Shown here: in pieces, positions 17,933-28,181 of the stretch
Layout: the number at the start of each line of letters is the position of its first letter
How positions within the stretch are numbered: the first letter of the stretch is position 1
Source: Calditrichia bacterium
Lineage (GTDB): Bacteria > Calditrichota > Calditrichia > RBG-13-44-9 > J075
Reading direction: 5' to 3'
NCBI GenBank assembly: GCA_050633245.1
Contig: JBOEGD010000014.1
Span: forward strand, 1 to 64,000
Length of the DNA stretch: 64,000 nucleotides
Program-made: the position numbers and the translations under genes
Notes under the pieces: model-generated
Database searches by the model: none
What the model saw: only the letters and a program-made list of their open reading frames with translations
Told to the model about the DNA's origin: nothing

Positions 17933-20900
17933 TTATTCAATCGGCGTGGCTTTTATGCTGCCTCCTGTTGTTGTATCCAGGGGAACTTCAAGCGTGATTG
18001 TCGTGCCTTCATCTATCTCGCTACTAAACGAAACATTGCCTTTTAGATAAAAAATTCGCTCGCGAATTCCCAGAATACCGAGGGATTCAGGCGCATTTAG
18101 CTCTTCCTCTGTAATGCCGCGCCCGTTGTCTTCAATGGTTAGCAATAAACTATCATCACGTGTCTCAAGGATGACCGTTACCTCCGAGGCTTCGGAGTGC
18201 TGAGAGACATTGTTCATTACCTCCTGAAAAATGCGAAAGAGAATGTTCGCCACATCTTTATCGAGAATAACATTTTTGGCACGAACAACCAGCTGGCAGG
18301 CAATATTGCTGCGACGCTCAAACTCCCGCGCCTGCCAGGAAATTGCCGCACTAAAATCCAGGTTGTCAAGTGCTTCCGGGCGCAGTTCCTGGGAAATACG
18401 CTGAACGCGCTGATTGGTAAGCTCAATGAGATTCGACATGAGCTTCGTCTTCTCGAAAAGTATCTTCTTACGCTTGGGCAGATGACTTTCCAGCCAACCA
18501 ATATCAAGCTGTAATGCAGACAGTACCTGTCCAAGCTCATCCTGTATTTCGCGGGAGATGCGAGTTCTTTCCTGTTCTCGCATACTGTCGGTATGTAGAG
18601 AAAGACTGCGTAAACGCTCGTTCGACAATTTCAGCAAGCGTTCCGTTTTTACACTATTGGTGAGCTTTTCCTTAAGCTCATTGTTCATCAGCGTCAACTT
18701 ATTGGTTCGTTCTTTTATCAAGTCTTCCAGCTGATCATAATACTTGCGCAGTTCTTCTTCAATCAACTTACGCGCCGTTACTTCACGCGAAACGGCAATA
18801 GTTTCTTCGACAAGTCCGGTATCCTGATTAAAAATAGCCCGAACAGTCGTTTCGAGCCACACATATTTTCCCTCTTTATGCTGGGCACGAAAGGTTACCG
18901 TATCAACTATTGGTTCGCGAAATATTCTCGATCGACAATCCAACAGGGTATCCAGGTCATCTTTGTGGATCAAGCTGCACAGACTGGTTCCAACCAATTC
19001 ATCCTGTGAATAACCGAGCAGGTTTTGTGAGGCAAGAGAAACGTACGAGAACGTCGCTTTGGGAGACTGCTTGCTAATCATATCTGTGGAATTGGCAGCA
19101 AGCATGCGATAGCGTTCTTCGCTTTCGCGCAGTGCCTTCTCAGATTGTTTCCGCTCTGCAATATTTCGCGCAATCGTTGAGAAATATTCGACTTCACCGT
19201 CAGGGGATTTATGAGCAATCAATACCTGAAGGGTGGGAATTTCTTTATTATCTGGTCCCATAAAAACCGTTTCATTGCTCCAAACACCTTCCTTGATAGC
19301 AATCGGCATTCCCTCTTTTTCAATGATTTCGGCAACATCAGGTGGATGGAAATCGCGAAAGTGTTTTTCCAGCACATCCTGTTCATTGCTAAGCCCGAGC
19401 ATATCGCGTCCGGCCTGATTGATATAAAGAGAGTAACCATCCTTATTGATCATGCTTACAAAGTCAGTCGTCGCCTCAAGGATTGCCATAAAGCGCTGCA
19501 GTGCTTCTTCCGAACGGCTTCGTTCGGTAACATCACGAACGATGGCCATATATTGATTCTCCGGCAGGCGACGCATACTGGTTTCGACCAGTACCGTACT
19601 GCCGTCTTTACAGGCCAAATGCATTTCGCTAATCAGCGGCTTTTCCGCCTGAATACTTGCCAAATGGGCTGCTGCATCCAGGTTCGAACCAGCGAGTAAT
19701 TTTTCAAGAGATAAGGCAAGAAGTCCACCTCGGGTATAGCCAAGCGTGCGGCAAACCCGGGTATTTACGTCGATACACGATCCATCTTCATCGAATAACA
19801 GAATACCGTCTGAAGCATGCTCCACAACGGACTGATAAATTGTTTCCTTAATCGACTCGCCGTCGTCCGAGTTACGAGCTTCTTCCAACTGTCGCTGTAG
19901 TTCTTCGCGCGCTGTTTGCAAGCTGGCGATCTCTGAAGCAGTCGCCTCTTCAACTTCAAGGCGGGCTTCTTCTCGCAGCGCCTCAACATCGACAGAAGAT
20001 CCGCCCAAACCAGAACGCGCAGAACGCAATGATTCTTCAAGTTCCATTATCCGACTGATATCGCGAGTCGATGAGACAACTTCGACAACTTCATTTGTCA
20101 ATGGATCGACAATCGGAGTAAGAGTCATTTCACACCAAATGTAGTGACCTTCCCGATGGCGTATGCGTACATTTTCAGTAACCATTTCAATGTCTTCACG
20201 TGCACTTTGGAATATTTCCCGCATGGAAAACTCATCATCGGGGTGAAGCATCTCAAAGATATTCAGATCGATCAGGTCTTCCGGGTCAAAATCGAATAGC
20301 AGTTGCGAGGCCGGAGAGCTATAAATAAAAAAGCCGTCAGAAGAATGACGTGAAACCATTTCCCGTGAATTTGCCGCCAGCAGCTGGTAGCGTTCATGAC
20401 CTTTTTCCAGCGCCTCTTCTGCTTCTTTCATCGGCGTAATGTCTGAGCAAACAATCAGCAGACCTTCGTCGTGGCGCGGATCGCTTATACGACGCGCGAA
20501 GTTCTGCACCCAAACGACATCACCATTCTTACAAAGCATGCGAAACTGAACAGAATCGACATCTGATGGATTTGCCATACAGTGCTCAATTTGCGCTTCA
20601 AGCAATTCATGATCGGCAATGTGCACAACGTCTTGTAGCGCCAGAGAAGTTAACTCCGCTACTTCATAGCCAAGTTTTTCCGCAGCATAACTATTGACGG
20701 CAATAAAACTCCCATTAGATCGTGTGGTAAAATTTACGAGTGGAATGTCTTCGGAAAGCACTTTAAAGCGCTCATCATTTTCACGCAAAAACTCATTATT
20801 TTTTGCTTCCTGCGTTACATCACGAATCAGCGAGGCCGCGCCAACCAAACGATTGTTTTCGTCGGTAAGCATGGTATGATACCATTCGCAGGTGAGCGGC

Positions 20901-22426
20901 TTGCCATTTTTACTAATATTGCGATTGATAGAATAAAATCCGTTTCGCCCTTTCAAGAGCGAATCCAATTTTTCCTCAACCTGTTCGGGTGTAGTATCAG
21001 AAGATGTAAGGTCCCAGATAGAACGTCCAGTTGCCTCACTGCTGCTATAGCCGAAAATACGTTCAGCACCAGGATTCCAGGATGTAACCTCGGAGTTCAA
21101 GTTCCACTCGACAATTGCAATGGGGGATTGCAACACCAGTTGGGCCATTTTCCGCTCGGATTCCCGAACATCCATTTCTTCCAGCTTGCGCTGATGAATA
21201 TCCAGGAGAGTATAAATGAATCCCTCAAAAACGCCATTCGCAGCAAAGCGCGGTACGCCATGGCATAGCACCCAACGAAATTCTTCTCCCCGATAGCTGA
21301 GGCGAAATTCAACCTGTACCTCAGCCTGGTTAATGAACCCCTCGTCGAGTAGATTAGAAATTGGTTCGCGATCGGTGGGGTGTAAATAATCGAACCAGCC
21401 GCGGTTTCGCAGCGAATCTTCTTCTTCATCTACAAAATCTATCCAGCTTTCACTGAGATATGTTGTGCGCTGCATTTTATCTTCAATTCGCACAAGGAAA
21501 GGACCACTATCGGCGAGGAAAGAAAGATCCTCTTCCTTTTTCTGCAACAGCTGCTCAGCATTTTCGCTAAGACGCTGTAGCTCGTCCTCTTTATTCTGAA
21601 GTAAACTTTGCAATTGCTGAAGCGATTCATTCAGCTCGGTCTTTTGCTCTTCTGCCCGTTGCGCTGCCTGCTGACGAACCTGCTCAATTTCTGTTTGTCG
21701 CTCTGAAAGTGACTCGCTGAGCTGTTCAATTTCACCACGTAGCGTTTGCTCCAGCTGCTGCCACTCTTTTGCCGCTTTAGCTTGAGCCTTTTGAGCCTTC
21801 TTTTTCTCGCTGACTGCCTTATCGCTTTGCTCTTTTGCGTCGGCCTGCAGGCGCTGCTGTTCTTCCTGTAGCGCAGCTAAGTTTTCATCGCGATCGCGAA
21901 TCAGCCGTTCGGCTTGCTTGCGATCTGTGATGTCAATGTACATGGCACGCGTGCCAAAAGCTTCCGAGTCCGCATCTTCTGCCTCAGGTATTGCTCTCAT
22001 CAGCGTGTGCATCACCTCACCCTTCTTGGTGAGTAGCTGGCATTCTTCAGTAGATATTTCACCAGCAAGTGCGCGCCTGTAACCATCATCCAGCAGAGAT
22101 TCTCGAAATTCCGGAGCGTAGAAATCGCTCAGAGGTTTTTCCATTACTTCTACGAGATTGTAGCCAAGAGATTGTAGAAACATTTGATTGCAACCGGTAA
22201 CAATGGGGGCGCCATCTTGGTTGCGGGTGGTGACATAGAGGATGGGGGTTTCTTTAAATAAATTACGAAAACGCTGCTCGATCTTGCGTCGCTCAGCGTG
22301 CAGTAATCGCTCCAAACTATCAACGGGCTTACCAGCGCCATTGACGGAACCATTCAGCTTGTTTTCGGACTGCAGCGATTTGATAGCCTCAATTAGCTGC
22401 TTCCGAGTCATCTTACTATAATTCAT
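17933..22426 (-). CDS. Cytoplasmic multi-PAS (about 8) HisKA_3-type sensor kinase homologue lacking the phospho-accepting His
   Basis: Repeated PAS-PAC units ending DIT/DVT, two coiled-coil inserts, ISREIQDELGQ (normally ELHDxxGQ), LRP, DNGRGI, GILGIRER. Confidence 0.9.
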   Translation of the reverse strand: MNYSKMTRKQLIEAIKSLQSENKLNGSVNGAGKPVDSLERLLHAERRKIEQRFRNLFKETPILYVTTRNQDGAPIVTGCNQMFLQSLGYNLVEVMEKPLSDFYAPEFRESLLDDGYRRALAGEISTEECQLLTKKGEVMHTLMRAIPEAEDADSEAFGTRAMYIDITDRKQAERLIRDRDENLAALQEEQQRLQADAKEQSDKAVSEKKKAQKAQAKAAKEWQQLEQTLRGEIEQLSESLSERQTEIEQVRQQAAQRAEEQKTELNESLQQLQSLLQNKEDELQRLSENAEQLLQKKEEDLSFLADSGPFLVRIEDKMQRTTYLSESWIDFVDEEEDSLRNRGWFDYLHPTDREPISNLLDEGFINQAEVQVEFRLSYRGEEFRWVLCHGVPRFAANGVFEGFIYTLLDIHQRKLEEMDVRESERKMAQLVLQSPIAIVEWNLNSEVTSWNPGAERIFGYSSSEATGRSIWDLTSSDTTPEQVEEKLDSLLKGRNGFYSINRNISKNGKPLTCEWYHTMLTDENNRLVGAASLIRDVTQEAKNNEFLRENDERFKVLSEDIPLVNFTTRSNGSFIAVNSYAAEKLGYEVAELTSLALQDVVHIADHELLEAQIEHCMANPSDVDSVQFRMLCKNGDVVWVQNFARRISDPRHDEGLLIVCSDITPMKEAEEALEKGHERYQLLAANSREMVSRHSSDGFFIYSSPASQLLFDFDPEDLIDLNIFEMLHPDDEFSMREIFQSAREDIEMVTENVRIRHREGHYIWCEMTLTPIVDPLTNEVVEVVSSTRDISRIMELEESLRSARSGLGGSSVDVEALREEARLEVEEATASEIASLQTAREELQRQLEEARNSDDGESIKETIYQSVVEHASDGILLFDEDGSCIDVNTRVCRTLGYTRGGLLALSLEKLLAGSNLDAAAHLASIQAEKPLISEMHLACKDGSTVLVETSMRRLPENQYMAIVRDVTERSRSEEALQRFMAILEATTDFVSMINKDGYSLYINQAGRDMLGLSNEQDVLEKHFRDFHPPDVAEIIEKEGMPIAIKEGVWSNETVFMGPDNKEIPTLQVLIAHKSPDGEVEYFSTIARNIAERKQSEKALRESEERYRMLAANSTDMISKQSPKATFSYVSLASQNLLGYSQDELVGTSLCSLIHKDDLDTLLDCRSRIFREPIVDTVTFRAQHKEGKYVWLETTVRAIFNQDTGLVEETIAVSREVTARKLIEEELRKYYDQLEDLIKERTNKLTLMNNELKEKLTNSVKTERLLKLSNERLRSLSLHTDSMREQERTRISREIQDELGQVLSALQLDIGWLESHLPKRKKILFEKTKLMSNLIELTNQRVQRISQELRPEALDNLDFSAAISWQAREFERRSNIACQLVVRAKNVILDKDVANILFRIFQEVMNNVSQHSEASEVTVILETRDDSLLLTIEDNGRGITEEELNAPESLGILGIRERIFYLKGNVSFSSEIDEGTTITLEVPLDTTTGGSIKATPIE

Positions 22427-22695
22427 TGATCTTCTCCGGAATAGCTTATCCCCAGCGCTCCTAAGGTTTCAGCAGATAAATTGAGTTGCCTAATTCCTAA
22501 TTTCCGACGGTATTTTAATTAGGTCATACCAGCCGTTGCGCAAAAAATGCTATGTCCAGGTTGCGGCTTCTATACAGCTCCCCCACTGACATGTCTAAAA
22601 TAACGCATGTACATCGTCTGAAATTTTGATTTATTCCACAAACTAGCAAGCGGCTTTAGTAACAATTTTTATATTGCGGCTAAAAAAACAGCATA

Positions 22696-25068
22696 CTATC
22701 GCCAGAAATAAGGGTGTATTTCGTCTCCGTGTATCTCTAGCCAGATTGCCCCATGCCTGTCGGTCCGCAGTATTTTACTATCGAAATCCAACAGTCTTTG
22801 CAGCGTTCGTGGCGATGGATGCCTGAAGCGATTCTTCCTTCCCGCAGAAATAAGAGCATATTTGGGCTTCACATGCTTCAAAAGCGCAGGTGTTGCCGAT
22901 GTTTTACTTCCGTGATGTCCAACCTTTAAAACAGTACTGTGCAAAAGCTCTTCCCATCCCAAGAGCGCCTCTTCGCCCACGGCTTCAGCGTCACCGGTAA
23001 ATAACATACTGACCGAACGATGGCGAATGAGAAAACACAGAGATCGGTTATTTATCGGAGAAGATAAGTCTTCGCGCCGCAGAATTCCCGGTGACGGTCC
23101 TAACATATACAAACGAGTTTCACGATCAAGTTCTAACCAGTTTCCGCGTTTCAAAGTGCGACTACCAATTCCATACCGTCCGACGAGCTTTTTTAATTCT
23201 CCGTTTTCATTAGAATCGACTCCATTCGGAGGCAAGTAAAGGCTGTCTACCGGAATAGTCGAAATTAGTTTTGACAATCCACCGGTATGGTCGCGATGAG
23301 GATGGGTGATAAAAATCTTATCCAAACGCTCGATACCAATTTCTTTCAAAGTTGGTAAAACTATCCGCTCACCGCTGTTAAAATAGCGGTTTGCCGGGCC
23401 GCAATCAATCAACAGCGTTTGGCCTGAGCGCAATCGCAATACCAGCGCTTCCCCCTGCCCCACATCCAGTACAATGAGCTGTGCAACAGGAACAGCAGGA
23501 AAATGACTGTGAATCACCACAATGCCAACAAAGATCATGGCAATCGGACGCCAGAGCCGCAGGCGAAAGGGAAGCCTTATAAAAAAGACCGCAAGCAATA
23601 GCCAAACTAAAACCGCCTGCAATACGCTTGTAAGTTGGATGTCAAGAGCAACACCGGGCAGTTCACTCAATCTATGAACAGTATCGATTTTTGCCCGCAA
23701 CAGCATGCCAATTAGATCATTAACTAAATCTCCGACGTAAACAACCTCCTGGAGCAGGAAAACAAACGGGCCCGCACTAACTAAAAATGCAACAACAGGC
23801 AGAATGGCTAAATTAAACACAATGGAAAGTGGTGCAAGTTGCCCAAAATAAAAGGCAACCAGCGGAGCCGTACCAATCTGAGCGGCCAGTGAAACCGCCA
23901 AAGATGGAGCAAGACGAACCAGAGCATCCGACTTTGGCGACAGTTTCAAAACATTCTCAAACGCCAACTGAAGGCGCAGATAAATAAAATTGATCCAAAA
24001 GACCGCCATAAAAGACAGCTGAAAACCAATCCAAAACAGCTGCTGTGGCCACAGTAGCAAGATGATAAATGCCGCCAGAAACAATATTTGTTGAGAATGA
24101 ACGGAGCGCTCCAATCCACGGCATACCAACCACAAGGCACCCATAATCACCGCGCGCGTCACCGCAGGTTGAATACCGGTTATCAGTAAAAAAAGCAGTA
24201 GAGAGACAATAATTAGTATACTGCGAGCCCAACCACGGAACCCTAACAGCTTGAATAGCGCCAGCAAAAGTGCAAGAAGAAATCCTACATGCAAACCACT
24301 AACGGCCAAGACGTGCACCAAACCGGTTCGTTGAAAATCTTTCCGAATATCAGAGTCAAGCTGTTTGGCCTGCCCCAACCAAAGTGCCTTCAGCAATGAG
24401 GCTTCGCGCGGGGGAAACGCCAGATCCAACCGTTCGGCAAGCGAGCTGCGTAAGTTTGCCAATTCGGAACGCAGCGAAGGGGCACCAACGAAATGCCTGA
24501 ACTGAATCTGCTTGCGAACATCGCAGATAATTCGAATACCGCGGCTTTCAAGATACTGCCGGTAGTCAAAGCTACCGGGATTGCGTGCCGAAAGTGGTTG
24601 TTCAAATTGAACCTTATGCAGCAACACACCATCTCCCGGAGATAAATTGCCGGTTCCTGCAGGTAGATAAAGCTGGATCGTTTGACTTGTCTCAAATATG
24701 TCTTCCTCTAACCATATCGCCCGCAGCTCCGCAACAGCACTCAGTCGACGCCCGGTACGCACCGACACAATCTCGGCCGCAACAGAATCACACTGCAAAG
24801 GAAGGTGCTCTACCGCTAGCGGCAAAAAGGATTCTGACTGCCAGATAGAGAAACGAAAAAAGCCTGCCAAGAAAACTATTAAGAGAAGCATTGTCGGTTT
24901 AAAGAAAAAGCGGTCTCTTGGGGTCAATATGCTGACGAGCGTTATTACGCTGCAAATTCCAACAATAAGGCCAACTACGGCAAAACGAAGTTCTACAGAA
25001 GCAGCAAAAATACCGCAGGCAAATACTGGTGTAACAATAACCAGAGGTGTTACTGTTGGAAATCGCAT
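22696..25068 (-). CDS. comEC: DNA uptake competence protein ComEC/Rec2
   Basis: RNPGSFDY, HVLAVSGLHVG, GFQLSF, DVGQG, THPHRDHTGG, FTGDAE, KVGHHGS, HP. Confidence 0.95.
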   Translation of the reverse strand: MRFPTVTPLVIVTPVFACGIFAASVELRFAVVGLIVGICSVITLVSILTPRDRFFFKPTMLLLIVFLAGFFRFSIWQSESFLPLAVEHLPLQCDSVAAEIVSVRTGRRLSAVAELRAIWLEEDIFETSQTIQLYLPAGTGNLSPGDGVLLHKVQFEQPLSARNPGSFDYRQYLESRGIRIICDVRKQIQFRHFVGAPSLRSELANLRSSLAERLDLAFPPREASLLKALWLGQAKQLDSDIRKDFQRTGLVHVLAVSGLHVGFLLALLLALFKLLGFRGWARSILIIVSLLLFLLITGIQPAVTRAVIMGALWLVCRGLERSVHSQQILFLAAFIILLLWPQQLFWIGFQLSFMAVFWINFIYLRLQLAFENVLKLSPKSDALVRLAPSLAVSLAAQIGTAPLVAFYFGQLAPLSIVFNLAILPVVAFLVSAGPFVFLLQEVVYVGDLVNDLIGMLLRAKIDTVHRLSELPGVALDIQLTSVLQAVLVWLLLAVFFIRLPFRLRLWRPIAMIFVGIVVIHSHFPAVPVAQLIVLDVGQGEALVLRLRSGQTLLIDCGPANRYFNSGERIVLPTLKEIGIERLDKIFITHPHRDHTGGLSKLISTIPVDSLYLPPNGVDSNENGELKKLVGRYGIGSRTLKRGNWLELDRETRLYMLGPSPGILRREDLSSPINNRSLCFLIRHRSVSMLFTGDAEAVGEEALLGWEELLHSTVLKVGHHGSKTSATPALLKHVKPKYALISAGRKNRFRHPSPRTLQRLLDFDSKILRTDRHGAIWLEIHGDEIHPYFWR

Positions 25069-25110
25069 TCTTTTAATATTCGCATTAGGTAAAAAGGAGG
25101 GGGTACTGTG

Positions 25111-25153
25111 TTATTCGGGCATAACTCATTTTTTTTGAATGATGCCCGAATAA
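25111..25153. terminator. Inverted repeat / likely terminator downstream of the GH13 gene
   Basis: TTATTCGGGCAT...ATGCCCGAATAA 12-bp stem. Confidence 0.55.
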
Positions 25154-25162
25154 AGATTAGAA

Positions 25163-26623
25163 TCAATCTGAGGTTTTTAAAACGAGAGCCGATCGAGCTG
25201 GAATCGTGATATTCCTCAGAATACCGTTATCAGGCTGTAAATCCGCATGACGTCCCCAAACAGCGGATAGGAGAAACGTTGAACCAGGTTTCAGTTCAAG
25301 GTCAATCGTATTGGCAGTATCAGCAGCATTGAAAATTCCAACCATCACCTGACCATCAAGCTCGCGGGTGAATGCAAACACCTGATCGGCGGCAAGAATT
25401 TGTTTGTAAACGCCGGTTTGCAGAGCAGCATGATTATTGCGCAATGCAATCGCACGACGATAAAAGTTTAACAGCTCATTATCCCATAAAGCTTCATCAT
25501 GCCAGGGAAACGCATTGCGCGATAGCGGTTCCTGTCCACCGGTAAGACCAACTTCATTTCCATAATAAACACAGGGTGCACCGGGCATCGTCATGTGGAA
25601 TAGGATGCAAAGCTCCATCGCGCTCCTGTCTTCGCCTACCATCCAGTGTAAACGTGCTGTATCATGACTATCAAAAAAATTCATCTGCGCAAAATTAATT
25701 TCCCAATCATACGAGGCATATACTTCTTCAATCCGCTCTGCGAATACCGTTACATCAATAGAATTGAGCGTCATATCGCCACCTTTATAGTTCTCAGGGA
25801 GGGTTTTCGCAGCGAAGAAATTGATGGCCGCTCCACCGAATGGATAGTTCATGAGTGCATCGAAGCGATCGCCCTGTAGCCATTCCGGAGCAACATGCCA
25901 AATCTCGCCACAAATGTATGCTTCCGGGTTTACGCCTTTCACAACCTTTCTAAACTCGCGCCAAAATGGTGGATCATCAATTTCTGCAGCAACGTCTAAC
26001 CGCCAGCCGTCAATCCCAAATTCCACCCAATATTTTGCAACATCAAGCAAATACTTGCGTACGCCGGGATTCTTAATGTTAAACTTTGGCAAGGCAGGCA
26101 AATTCCACCAGGCATCATAGTTTGGTGGGTTTTTCTTATTACTCGTATACGGGCGCAGCGGCCAATCGTGAACCTTGAACCAGTCTATGTAGGGCGAGTT
26201 TCCACCATTCTCCAGAATATGATGAAAAGCCCAAAAGCCACGACTGGCGTGATTAAAAACGCCATCCAATACAATTTTTATATCGCGCTTATGCGATTCA
26301 TCAAGTAGCTCTCTAAGTGCATCGTTGCCACCAAGCAACGGGTCTACCTGCATATAATCGAAGGTATGATAGCGATGATTCGAGGCCGACGAGAAGATGG
26401 GATTAAGATATATTGCATTGATCCCGAGCTCTAGCAGATAATCCAGCTTGTCGACAACACCATACAGATCACCTCCCTGATACCCCTGCTCTTCGGGTGG
26501 ACTTCCCCACGGCTTAAACGTTATTCCAGACGTGTGTTTGGTACGCTCACTTTTAGCAAATCGATCGGGGAAAATCTGATAAAAAACCGCCCTTTTTACC
26601 CAATCCGGTGTCTTAATCGCCAT
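25163..26623 (-). CDS. Glycoside hydrolase family 13 (neopullulanase/cyclomaltodextrinase-like)
   Basis: FYQIFPDRF, LDGVFNH, DGWRLDVA (nucleophile), GEIW, DSHD. Confidence 0.93.
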   Translation of the reverse strand: MAIKTPDWVKRAVFYQIFPDRFAKSERTKHTSGITFKPWGSPPEEQGYQGGDLYGVVDKLDYLLELGINAIYLNPIFSSASNHRYHTFDYMQVDPLLGGNDALRELLDESHKRDIKIVLDGVFNHASRGFWAFHHILENGGNSPYIDWFKVHDWPLRPYTSNKKNPPNYDAWWNLPALPKFNIKNPGVRKYLLDVAKYWVEFGIDGWRLDVAAEIDDPPFWREFRKVVKGVNPEAYICGEIWHVAPEWLQGDRFDALMNYPFGGAAINFFAAKTLPENYKGGDMTLNSIDVTVFAERIEEVYASYDWEINFAQMNFFDSHDTARLHWMVGEDRSAMELCILFHMTMPGAPCVYYGNEVGLTGGQEPLSRNAFPWHDEALWDNELLNFYRRAIALRNNHAALQTGVYKQILAADQVFAFTRELDGQVMVGIFNAADTANTIDLELKPGSTFLLSAVWGRHADLQPDNGILRNITIPARSALVLKTSD

Positions 26624-26876
26624 CTATACTTTCCTTTCTGCTTTTCAGTTTGCGAAGAAGCTACTCATTTTTTCAGTTTGCGACAACCGCGAAAGCGCAA
26701 TCCCGAGGCGATACTTAAAATCGCAACGCCTCGGGACAAATCGTTGTAGAGCATGAAATAAGGAGCTGTAAACTTCCCTTAAATCATGCCCTACAAAAAA
26801 TATAATAAACGTAGTTATCCAAATTAAAAGGCAAGCCCGGAGGAAAACAAAATGTGTCCCTCCGGGAGATTAGAGG

Positions 26877-28142
26877 CTAAAGACGTAGTCTGGAGCTCGC
26901 AGAGATTGTGACTCCTTCCGCCGTCCCTGGCAGGAAACTACCGTGGTTTACTATTCCTAAGTCGATATAAAAAAAACTGAGATTCAGACCTACACCTACA
27001 GCTGTAGACATTTTGTTAATTCCGCCAAATGACATTCCGGCGCGTAGCGGCAAAAACGAAAGCCAGCTAAATTCACTGCCAAACGACATTTCAAAACCCT
27101 GTGAATAAAGATCACCGGCAAATCCCTTGGAAATACGTCCGGTAAACAACCAGCTTTTTGAGGCTTGAAAAGCCGTGCCATAATCCAAAACCAATGGAAG
27201 GCGCGTGCTGAAAGCACTGGCTGCAAAAGTAGTGTCTTCTGTGACAACTAAACTGTCTTCAATGCCGTCGACAGTGAGAGTGAGGCTGTCCGAGCTGATG
27301 TCGTATAATCTTATTTCCGGCTGATTGTTCCAGGTGATACTTCCCAGAACATTATTTACCGAAAAGCTATGGGTCCAATTTCCACGACTTTGGGCAACCA
27401 CACCAATATCCAACCCAAATCCGCTACCCCCGCGGGCAGTAAGCAATTCCGCGCGGCCATCTAACTCCATAACCGGATTTTCAAAGCTGGCATTTGCAAA
27501 TGAGCCGCTTGAGTTTTCCACATTAGCATAACCCAGCCCGCCAAAGTATTTACCATTTGCACCGATTGAGAAATGCTTAAAGTGTTTATTGTTGTCCATA
27601 TTTAACGGAATCGCCAATCCAAAGTTGATTGCCATCCCGGCCCAGGCGCCGCCGTCAACATTCGAGAAGTCGTAGGTTTTACCGAGCTCCTCATTGCCGT
27701 AGAAGGCCAGCTCTGCAACCTCCTTGGGGATAACGAAGTCGCCATCTGCCATTGCAGTAACCCCGATAGTAAACTTCGGTGCATAAATGGACATTAAGTT
27801 CACGCGCGCTCGCATTGCCCCTTCAATTCCTGTAGATGGAATTGAGGAAAGCAGCGTATTTTTGTCCGTATCAGTAAGGAAGTCACCCGTGGTGAAGTAA
27901 TCGTCGTAGGTGCCTCTATTGAAGCTGTTATTCGACGCATTGAGGCTGGCAGATACCAGATTAAGTTCAAAGTTATAAGACGTCGGCAAAGCAAAACTGG
28001 CAGGGTTCAATCCCACAGCCTGCAGGCCGCGTGATGCAGCAGGATTGCTAAAAGCCATACCGGCAGCACGGGCATCATTACTCTGCTGAGCAGCCAGCGA
28101 GGTAATAAGAAACAGTACTAACATGATCAATTTCGTTTTCAT
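26877..28142 (-). CDS. Outer-membrane beta-barrel (DUF5723/TraF-like)
   Basis: Signal peptide; ARAAGMA...GLNPA, GFGLDIG, GSITW, LPLRAG. Confidence 0.7.
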   Translation of the reverse strand: MKTKLIMLVLFLITSLAAQQSNDARAAGMAFSNPAASRGLQAVGLNPASFALPTSYNFELNLVSASLNASNNSFNRGTYDDYFTTGDFLTDTDKNTLLSSIPSTGIEGAMRARVNLMSIYAPKFTIGVTAMADGDFVIPKEVAELAFYGNEELGKTYDFSNVDGGAWAGMAINFGLAIPLNMDNNKHFKHFSIGANGKYFGGLGYANVENSSGSFANASFENPVMELDGRAELLTARGGSGFGLDIGVVAQSRGNWTHSFSVNNVLGSITWNNQPEIRLYDISSDSLTLTVDGIEDSLVVTEDTTFAASAFSTRLPLVLDYGTAFQASKSWLFTGRISKGFAGDLYSQGFEMSFGSEFSWLSFLPLRAGMSFGGINKMSTAVGVGLNLSFFYIDLGIVNHGSFLPGTAEGVTISASSRLRL

Positions 28143-28181
28143 AGTCCCAAATCCTTTTGGTTTATGACCAGACGTCCCTGT

